From Ylistrum balloti (taxonomy: Eukaryota), in the NCBI RefSeq assembly GCF_031769215.1, contig NW_026782282.1, positions 1,736,001 through 1,800,000 of the forward strand: a stretch of DNA of 64,000 bases, written 5' to 3'. Under the pieces are notes generated by a model. The model saw nothing but the letters and a program-made list of their open reading frames with translations, had not been told where the DNA came from and made no database searches. The translations under genes were made by a program, and so were the position numbers. Each line of letters starts with the position of its first letter. Within the stretch, counting starts at the first letter, position 1. Shown here piece by piece: positions 46,801-64,000 of this stretch.

Positions 46801-49800
46801 TATGGGCACCAAATTATGAAGAGTTGCAGAAAAAACATACCACAAGGTGGTATATCTTAACATGCAAAACTCTTGTCATTTATATTAACTGCAAATGCCA
46901 TAAGAATACAGTTCAATGCATACACTTACAGTCCCTTCAGACATGTTACTGTCTTACACCAGTGATACCTTGATTTAAACAAAAACAAAGAATTTGTCCT
47001 TGACAGAATAATCTGTCAAAAGAAACAGCCATCATTTTGACAATTGTTAAATCAATACATTTGTAGTACGGCCATGGCTGTTTCTCATCCTTGACACTCC
47101 AGAGGTTATGCTCACTTTTTGCTTTTGAGCCCCCCCTCATAGCCCATGGAGTATCAAAAATCAAAAATGCCCACAGTAATGACATTGACATAGGTTGTGC
47201 ATTGGATGTCACATTTAATGCTGTAAAGCCTTTCTGGTTTGTTTTTATTGTGATATTGCCATGAAAACGTAAATATAAATAAAACTGCTGAGAAACTTAC
47301 GGTGAGAAACTAATATCTGTGACTGATTTGTTGTGGGCTGTTTTTATAAGCTCACATGAGAAGTCTGCAAAATTGAACCTGTAGATCTGGGAGTTTGTCA
47401 TTCCAACAAAAAACTGAAAGGATGAAAAAGAGTTAAGATTATGGATACATACAGGTACCTTATAACATAATACATACATTAGGGGTTATCAAAATATATT
47501 TTCAAAGCTATTACCATAGATTGCATTCTGTCAGAAAATGGAGAATCTGTCACATGGATAATGAAACGAGCCATTCACATGCGTATATTGTCAACTTTAT
47601 TGTAAATGTACATTCTTTAATGCGGTTCAAAAATTGTTTACCAAACACCACCACCCTTGGTTAACTGCCAAACAAGCTGAATTGATCATATGACAAAGTC
47701 ATGCTGTACTTCCATGTATTGCAAGGCATGTGTGACATGTGAGGTAAACATAAATGAATATGTATTACTTTACCGACTGTCTTATTTATTTTGTGAGTAG
47801 GAGATGAGATTGTTGTCCATCAATTTTTTTATTCCAACCTGGTTTTTATTATAAATATCTTTCATTCTGTTTGTGTTTTCACATACCTGCTGACCTTGTC
47901 CTCTCAAGGCGATGGCTGCCACAGAAACGTTTTCTTTCTTATAATTTTCATCAAACCAAGACCTGTTTTAATACACAAGTAGGCAATTAGTTAATACATG
48001 AGATAATAACATTATATCTTTTAATTCTAGATTGTAACATATTTAAGACGGTGTTTAGTACACAATATACTGCAACACAATATCCAGTATTCATAAACAG
48101 TCTATGTATAGTAACAAGCTCATCCAAATCTATAGTTCAATAAAAATATGAACAAAACACTAAATGTTACGTAATAAGCCCACCCTTTGGATTTGTTTAG
48201 GATATGTTAGAAATTATATCAATACACAATCAAAAAGAAAAAGTACTGACCTCTTCTTTTCAAACACCCATTCATTTTTCTTGTTACGGTTGTACGCCAC
48301 TAATGCGACTTCTCCCTCTCCAGATCCTATCAACATCATTTGCTTGTCGTGGAGGTGAGCAAGGGCAGTAACTCCGCAACCAAAGTTTTTCTGTTTTTTA
48401 CAGTTTGTCCCCCCCGGACCATGAAATTGGAAGAGTTTTGTTTCTACATTTACACCGAGAATGTCACCTGTGGTGGTACCACACAGCAAATAGTTACCTT
48501 TCATCTGAAAAGTAGCAAATACAGTTCAATCAATAAACAAATATTTTTCAGTGATTCAAAAAAATGTTGTATATTTTGTTGTCAGCTAAATTTGACTCAT
48601 TTTGGTTTTGGTAAATTTACTTTGGTTTGGTTTGTCTAAATTTCAATTCCAACATCCATGTGTCAAATTTTGACCCTCAAATCCGTTCGCAAAATTCTTT
48701 TTAAACTTTAGTTAATAATTTCAAAGCTATGATAAATGTCTGGCCAAACCTACAAAGACCCAAAAATCTAATATGTCAAAACCTGGGACATACCTAACTG
48801 TACTTTTGTATACTTTGGTCAAACCATTGTTTTTTCAGTCTGCAAGTTAACTATCTGTATAACTGGGACATATCTATATATGGGGACATACCTGCTTATA
48901 TTTGTTAATCTAGGACACACCTGTATCATTTGAACACCTGGGACATTACCTATATATACATTTACCTGTGAAATGCCTGTATATTTGTATACATATATTT
49001 GTATTTATATCTGTACACTTAAGACATTACATACCTCTATACATTTACAGATCCTGACGTATTGACCCATGGCGACATCTGTCGGCTTTATTTTCCTGTT
49101 TTCCACATCCAGTTCCCAAACTCTCAGTGTACAACTGAAAAATACAATTTTTGAAATATAATCATATTGTTGATCTGAAGAAAATTTAACATAAACATTT
49201 AACATCAGTAAAGGTTTTATAAAAAACCTTGATCCTTGGAAGAATTTTCTCTTTTCACATCACCTGCAATGAAGAGTCACAGAAGAGAGACTAAGGTATC
49301 ATCCACATTTCACTTTAAAGTTCTGCATTTAGATCTATTGCTCAAAGAGTTTAAGTCCAACTTATACCAACCTAGGTATACATATAGCTAAACCAAATAG
49401 TAGATAACACAACACATTCATCATTTACAAATTTACAAAATATCTCCCAGATTTTATGGATCCAGCAAAACTCTGAAAATAGGGATGTTTAGAAACTGGA
49501 CATGAAAAGCTTTGTGTTTTTTATTTTCTTTATATTTTTTTTTTTTTTTTTTTTTTGCTAAAAAGTTTAGTATCATATTAAGACAAGTCCTGTAAAATAT
49601 CAGACAGGTTTTCCTCTTGTTTCTTGGCAAGAGTGATAATTTTGGGTTAAGAATGCCTTGTTTGAGTGAATTTTGAGCATTACAGAATTAACAAAAAATT
49701 ACTCTAATGTTTTAACCTCAGTTTTTAGACATGAAAATAATATCTATGGTATTTAAATATCATTAACTGAAATCAATTTAAGTATTTAGGGAATGGAGGG

Positions 49801-52800
49801 GTAAGGCAGAGACAATAATGTATTTTGCATTTTGCTAAAAAACAAAAAGGAACAGGGGAGACAATTTATTTTTGTTTCTGCTTGCATTCATAAAAAAACA
49901 TCATGTAACAGAAAAGGTCTGAAGATTTTAATAAGATCATAAAAAAGGTGTGCATATTATGAAATTTCAGTTTCTGCATGAAATCCTTAACTATATTACG
50001 TCATATGATGCTTGGTAATAATCTTGTTTACATCTCATGCAAATATTCAGTAGAGATAAGCCCAAGGGACCAATATGCCCATTCTAACACAAACACAGTG
50101 TGGGCTTATTCTGGGAGAATATATATTTTTCAGCTCTTTCTAAACAGTAATAGATAAACAAGATTGTGATTTTGTGCACATTGGGCAATGAATTCGTTAT
50201 TTACCTACCCTACCAGGCATGAACATATTATCAGCAGATATATCCTTGGTAGTAATACTTACTCTCCACCGGTGAAGAATTTGTATTCGTCTGTTTCATG
50301 ATATGCAACACACATAGTGTTTCCTGCACTTTCAAGTTGAGCTGGTGAACCACAGATTGAAGTTTTGGTTTTAACGTCCCATACCACCACTCTGTCAAAG
50401 AAATATAAACAATATATAAAGATGAAAGATTTACAACTCTTAGCAACTTTCTAAGCATGATGTGGAGCTATAGTACAAAAGCAACCTTTACAAAAGTATT
50501 TACAAAGAAAGCCTTACAGGTGAAAAAGTTTGAAAAAGATGTTGAAACTTTGGACACAAGAACTTAACTTGAATTTGATATAAAAGTAGTAAATTTTCAT
50601 TTATTTTACTAAGTGGATGGACAAGAGTTGAAAGGAATATTACTGTATTTGGAAACCCTTTAACAAAATGAGGAAAAAAGTGGGATGGTGGTATGTACAC
50701 TTATTCAGTCATATACAGAATACAAATTTAGTAGGTAAGATAGTGATTACATGGATTATTCTGCATATTAAAAAAATTAACTTAAATATAATACTTCAGA
50801 TTATTTCTTGTGTACAATCTTAATTAACACAGACATTCCTACAAATAGTTGGGCCCAAAGGACAGGACCAGGCACCAGTTTCACAAAAGTTCTATAAATT
50901 AAGAAAATTTCTCAAAATCCGGAAAAGCATTATTGAAATCGAAACCAGGTCCCAGTTATTCAAAGAATAATAAGAGATAACCAGTGGTTAAAGCTAATGG
51001 GAAGCATTCTTTATCATTTCAAAGCTGTAGGTTTGTTGAGACTTGTCAGATTAATACATTTGGAGTGTTGATTTTGCATGTAATACTCTAGTTTGTTCGG
51101 TGGTGGCAATTGGAATTTTTCACAAGCCACTGGTTACTCTTAACTTATTTTTTATGAGGGCCAGATTGTACAACTAATCTTAGAACCTTGATCACTCTGT
51201 ATGCATGTCTCTTCAAGCCCAACAAAAACAGTCATAAGCAATAACCTCAAATATTTTCAAATGCGTTTTATCCTACACACTCAATAACGGTGGTTTTTCA
51301 CATTCAACGAAAACTTACGATCCATCATCTTGTCCTCCTAAGGAAAGGAGGAAGGTGTCTTTTGGTGAAAATACCAAAGCTTCAATTTTCACTTTGTGGA
51401 GTTGTAATCGTTTATAAAGCTCCCTTTTTTCATAATTCCATATGATTATATCAGCCTGCAAATCAAAAGACAATGTTAATGTATTTCCTAATACATTTTA
51501 TGTTCCTTATGAATTTAATGTTTTATATATTCTCTGGGCTGTTGAACTGCAGCAATAATTTAAAGCAAAAATATATTGTTTTGAACTGATTTATATGCTA
51601 AATACACATCATGATCAGAAGAAAATTTCAATAATTAGGAATCAAGAAAAGTTTATGCTTTCTCTAAATATTCTCAAGAATATCAATGCCTTTTCAGGCA
51701 AACTCTGATCTAAAACATGGTAGATGGTTTTAGATTGAAATATAAAAACAACCCATTGATTTTGAAAAAAACAAAATACTAACTTTGAACCCCATATGAG
51801 TGACTTGGCCGGAAGCAATGTATTTGCCAGTGTTGGAAACAGTAATGCAGGATACATCTAATGAATGTCCCATTAAAGTCTGCTGTTTTTTTGTTTCAAT
51901 GTTTTCGATGATGACGGTGTTCCCAAGTGAGTAGATGAGATGTTGTCTGTCAGGATGAACTTTGAGGCCATTTGGAATGCCATCTAAAAGAACAAAGTGA
52001 TTATTAAAATTCTGCACTCACTTGAAATAAATATTCTTCCATTTTTCAGTCAAGAAGTACTTTAATGTCTAAAGAAACAACAGAATCTGATATCAATAGA
52101 TCATAGTGCACCACTTGATAATGTGTGAACAAACATTGTATTTAAACACAGAAATCTGACTTTTATAAATGATTTCATAATCAATTTTATAAATTATAGT
52201 CGTCATACTACATATCTCCTCTATGAAAAGCTAATGGTAAATTTCTAATACTGAAGCAGAATAACTACTACATAAAACATCCGACTCCTAATTGTGATTT
52301 TCGGGAAGTAAAGTTAGAATAAATTTATTTCAAATGAAAAAAAACCGTGAAATTAATCAACGGTTGAACATTGTGTAATATTTATCCATACCTACAGAGT
52401 ATCAAATTATTGACTGACAGTTAAGGTTTAGACCCTAACATAACACCCCAACCCCAAAAAGAAACGCACACACACACACACACACACACACCTCTATTTC
52501 TTTTTCACTTCAACTCATATCTCAGCCTCCATTTTGGAGTGTATTGGAGATTAATGTGATTTATTCGAATCGATAACGTTTATTCACTTTTTTCAGTTTC
52601 TAGACGAATAATGAGTAATGGTACAAAGACCGGCAACATAGCTAGTAACAATATCAACATAGATATAAGATGTCGTTACCAACATGCCAAGATAGGTGCG
52701 TAATGCATACTATGCAATTATCTTAACGAACAATTACAAATCAAATATCATATATTCATTACTTACTATATCCTACGATATATTCCAGCTCCAAACGGGG

Positions 52801-52821
52801 TCCATCATAAGAATTGGCCAT
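43851..52821 (-). CDS. CFAP52: CFAP52/WDR16-like WD40 ciliary protein; exons 52821-52767, 51983-51784, 51455-51319, 50391-50263, 49134-49035, 48504-48251, 47962-47887, 47413-47301, 46665-46517, 45857-45545, 44711-44474, 44036-43851; about 649 aa
   Basis: LELEYIVGYNG, GLKVHPD, YIASGQVTHMGFKADII, SLGGQDDGSVVVW, TLRVWELD, GTTTGDI, AWDDGKIR, ISGGGEGQVRVW, GTDKKLVYWD and SVSEDGAILVWKFP match CFAP52. All 11 introns are GT-AG and phase-consistent. Confidence 0.9.
50947..51162. mobile_element. Degenerate MITE with GG(T/C)CC termini
   Basis: Inverted TAAGAGATAACCAGTGG and CCACTGGTTACTCTTA segments near the two ends. Confidence 0.4.
52467..52491. repeat. (CA)12 microsatellite in CFAP52 intron 1
   Basis: Read directly from the sequence. 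Confidence 0.95.
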
Positions 52822-52885
52822 ATTTGCAGTTGTGTTCGCTGTGAGATGAACAGCTTCAACAAATGCAATGCTTTGAAATTTACTC

Positions 52886-52911
52886 GTCGCTAAGGGATAC
52901 AGACATGGTGA
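52886..52911. promoter_or_regulatory. Candidate RFX X-box plus adjacent half-site upstream of CFAP52
   Basis: GTCGCTAAGGGATAC followed by CATGGTGAC, 65-90 bp upstream of the CFAP52 ATG. RFX factors regulate ciliary genes. Confidence 0.45.
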
Positions 52912-54209
52912 CAATTCGAACGCCACCTATGCCTAACAATCAATACAAGAGAAGACAAATCGTGCTAGTCCAGACATGTGCAAAGCAACTGAAAACTCGG
53001 AACAATAATGTCTAATCCAAATTTTGAAGAGGAAATTGATTGTATTGTATTTTTTCATACAATTATTTATATCAATGCAAGACAACATAACGCAACTGTT
53101 CAATTTCACAACTGTTGTACGATATATACGCGATACGATTTATTACGGGAAATATTTAGGCCTGTAATTCTCAAAATAATTGCCCGGTGTTTATGAAACA
53201 GATTTGTAGAAGAAGCTCTCAAAAGTTTATAAATCAAACAAAGCGTTTCAATACTGCCTGATTCTGAACAGTTTGTAGTCGGCACTAAATTGATGTAAAA
53301 TATATATTATCTCTTTTTCTCTTCTATTTTTTCAATTCTATCTTCTTATCTTTTCCTCCTTTTGACAAAATTATTTAAACTTACAATTGTACGTCTACCA
53401 ATGACATATTTTCATGTTTATAGTATAAATATATGTAACGTGTAGTATATTAATTATTTGTAATTTCATAAATGGAGAAGATTCATAAGTTGCTAGAAAT
53501 TGTCTCTGATCCATTTATCAGCTACTGATAATGAAAAATGTTTAAATCAACAGAAGCGCCATTTTTTGACACCTCATCGTTTTAGGTGCTTCTTTTTCAA
53601 ATTTGTTTTCCCTGATCAGGCTGTAAGTACAACAGGCAAACCGGTCGTCCCCGGGAAAAATGAAATCATGTGACAAGGTGATGGTCAAGCCGTTTTTCTT
53701 TTCTTTTTGTTGTCCGTAACCATATAAACGCAGTGAGTGATCCGATTCTAGACGACGTGTTCCAAGATTAAAGCCTTTTAAAAGTAAGTTCTTTTTAGGC
53801 TGGTCTTGTCCATTAAATGTCCAAGTCCAAATACCACAATCGAAATCTGACGGTAGCTGAAGTGATCCCGTCTTTAGAATATCAGAACAGAACCATTCCT
53901 AAGTGCGAAACCCTGGGATTTCTAACGTGGACCAAAATCAGTTTCAACAGTAAAACAGTAGTTTGATAAGGTTTAGAACATCAGTTAGAATTTATTGATC
54001 ACTTGCCTGACATTTCTTTCTAGTTTAACTTCAGCGGAGTGTTTCTACTGTACTATTAATTAAAACCACGGTGTAGCCGATATTACACGCAAGAGATTTC
54101 CTAGTAACCCCGAAAAGTCTTCAATTTTGGGGTCTGTGAACTAGAGTGTATAGCTGTATTCATCTATAGAAATGCATTTTTCGTCGATATTATGAATGCA
54201 GTCTGGGAG

Positions 54210-54263
54210 ACAATTAAATAAATAACATCTGTTAGAACAATTAAATAAATAACATCTGTTAGA
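54210..54263. repeat. Perfect 27-bp tandem duplication
   Basis: ACAATTAAATAAATAACATCTGTTAGA occurs twice in tandem. Confidence 0.95.
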
Positions 54264-55893
54264 AGAAAGGACGTCATGACTATTTTGACAATATCATTGA
54301 ACTTGCCAACCGCTGAATAATTTATTTACATTTAAAATGTTATTGTCACGATGCTGTGTATTAATGTTATCTTGTAGCGCCATTATGTAAAAGAGTTATT
54401 CTGTGTATACATACCATCTTTTGTTGTCGTGTCCGTAGTCCAGTGGGGACATTAAGATGGCGGCGAAAAAACGCATTGTACTGGATATCGATATACTGTC
54501 TCCCATCCTTGTAATTTTTCTCTGTTTAAATGTGCATGCAAAATGAGTTACGAATTATAAGTAGGCCTCGTCTTTGCCCAAAGTTACATCATGTTGACCG
54601 TAATTGAGAATCAAAAGCCGAGGGGGATGTAAGAAATTTCTGTTTGGGGGGGGGGGGGGGGTAATATTTAAAAAAGAAATCTGAAATATTTGGAGTGTCC
54701 CCTTCGTTACGTTTTTATGTCAGAATAATATAATTTGTGGATAATAATTTGAATGAAGACTTGCGGCAACGGTATTCAATATGCAAAATGACTACACGGC
54801 AACCTTAAATGTGATGCCTTCACACGTATATTCATTTTTGGGAAAATTATCGCTTCATAATGAATGCCTAAAAACTCGATTTCAAATGGACAATATTATA
54901 GTACATTTTACGGAGATTCAGAGATGTACAGACATCAATCAAAGCTTATATAGGCGTTGGTTTTCCTGGATCCCCTCCGGACTCCTACTCAAAACAGCTA
55001 TATACTCTCCCCACATTTATAACAGCATAAACAAAACTGATCACTTATCAAATTTGAACGAACACGTCTGCATATTCTTTATCATGTTCAAAATTTACTG
55101 AATCGACAAAGAATTTAGATGTATAATTATAATTGAATATCTAAGGCAGTTAAAATTTTTCCATGTAAAAAATTAAGGTTTACGACCAGTCAAAGAGCAT
55201 TCTAACCTCTGACGCTTGGGATTGTCCATTGTGACGTCACTATAATTCATGACGTATTATTTATGTGACATCACAAGAACGGACATTCGCCACATGTTGA
55301 CGTTATAGCATAAGCTGTAGCGATGTCAATCATATTAGCAGGATCCGTTGAAGATATCGAACCATTGACAAAGCATCTACGACAATCAACTACACAGCAA
55401 ACATTGTCAACTCCAAGTAAAAATGTTATCCCGCCAGGTGGCCGATATTCAATCACATTTTTACAAACCGTCCCATTTTGTCTGTGTCACTGTCGGTGAG
55501 ATATTACTTTTATGGGGCGATCTTACTCTGGCTCATAAATTTCTGATGACCTAGAAACACACTTATTTAGTGTGTATCTGGGATATAAACGCCTAAATTC
55601 GTCCTTGTTGATATACAGCATTCCAAATATACTTTATAAGGGATGGAAAATGGTTCACACACGAATTCCGTAATATAGCACCAATTTAAACTCTAACTAA
55701 ACAGTTATTTCATCCGTCCTTCAAATGAAATAATATGAATATCAATTATATTTCAGCTACATTAAATTAATTTGCCATAATCATCTACGGGTTTTTATTC
55801 ACTTTAAAAATGATATGTGTTCTAGAATCAGACTTTCTACAAGTGCTTGCTTGTTTGGCAGTGCACTTCTACCTCATTCTCACTAGACCATAA

Positions 55894-63793
<7,900 letters not shown>

Positions 63794-64000
63794 GGGTGGG
63801 AGTCATGAATGAAAACACAACCTGGTGAAATTTTTCTGTAAAGTAAACCATATTGGGAGTGACTTGCAATGAACTCTTCATTGTTTTGGACTTTGAAAAT
63901 CCGAAAATTGAAATTTTCTTATGGTTATTTCTTCAGAATGTATCCATTTCTGTTCTAATAGTTCTGACAGTATTGTTTTCTGGATGCTTAACTTCAGGAA

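Noticed and set aside
46788-47212. ORFs in CFAP52 intron 8 as alternative or mutually exclusive exons
   Set aside because: No WD40 similarity and no phase-compatible acceptor/donor pair found.

Overview
This is AT-rich, spliced metazoan genomic DNA; the repeat families resemble those of bivalve molluscs (inference). I reconstructed seven intron-containing genes by hand with phase-consistent GT-AG junctions: BPTF (-, 5' part only), AIMP2 (+), PIGX (-), CHMP6 (+), ATG12 (+), a CFAP52/WDR16-like gene (-) and FOXK (+). Six of them form three head-to-head pairs. The 12-kb first intron of AIMP2 holds an intact DD34E Tc1 transposon nested in an older Helentron-like element, several MITEs and a 23/28-bp minisatellite. 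The most notable item is in the same intron: a 1113-nt open frame of K/E/Q-rich 12-14-aa repeats bounded by phase-0 splice sites. It could be an undescribed giant cassette exon (or alternative first exon) of AIMP2. Several tandem arrays (43, about 59 and 51 bp) and many non-autonomous elements fill the remaining introns and intergenic gaps. No CRISPR array, rRNA or true tRNA gene was found. All homology calls come from recalled family motifs, not database searches.
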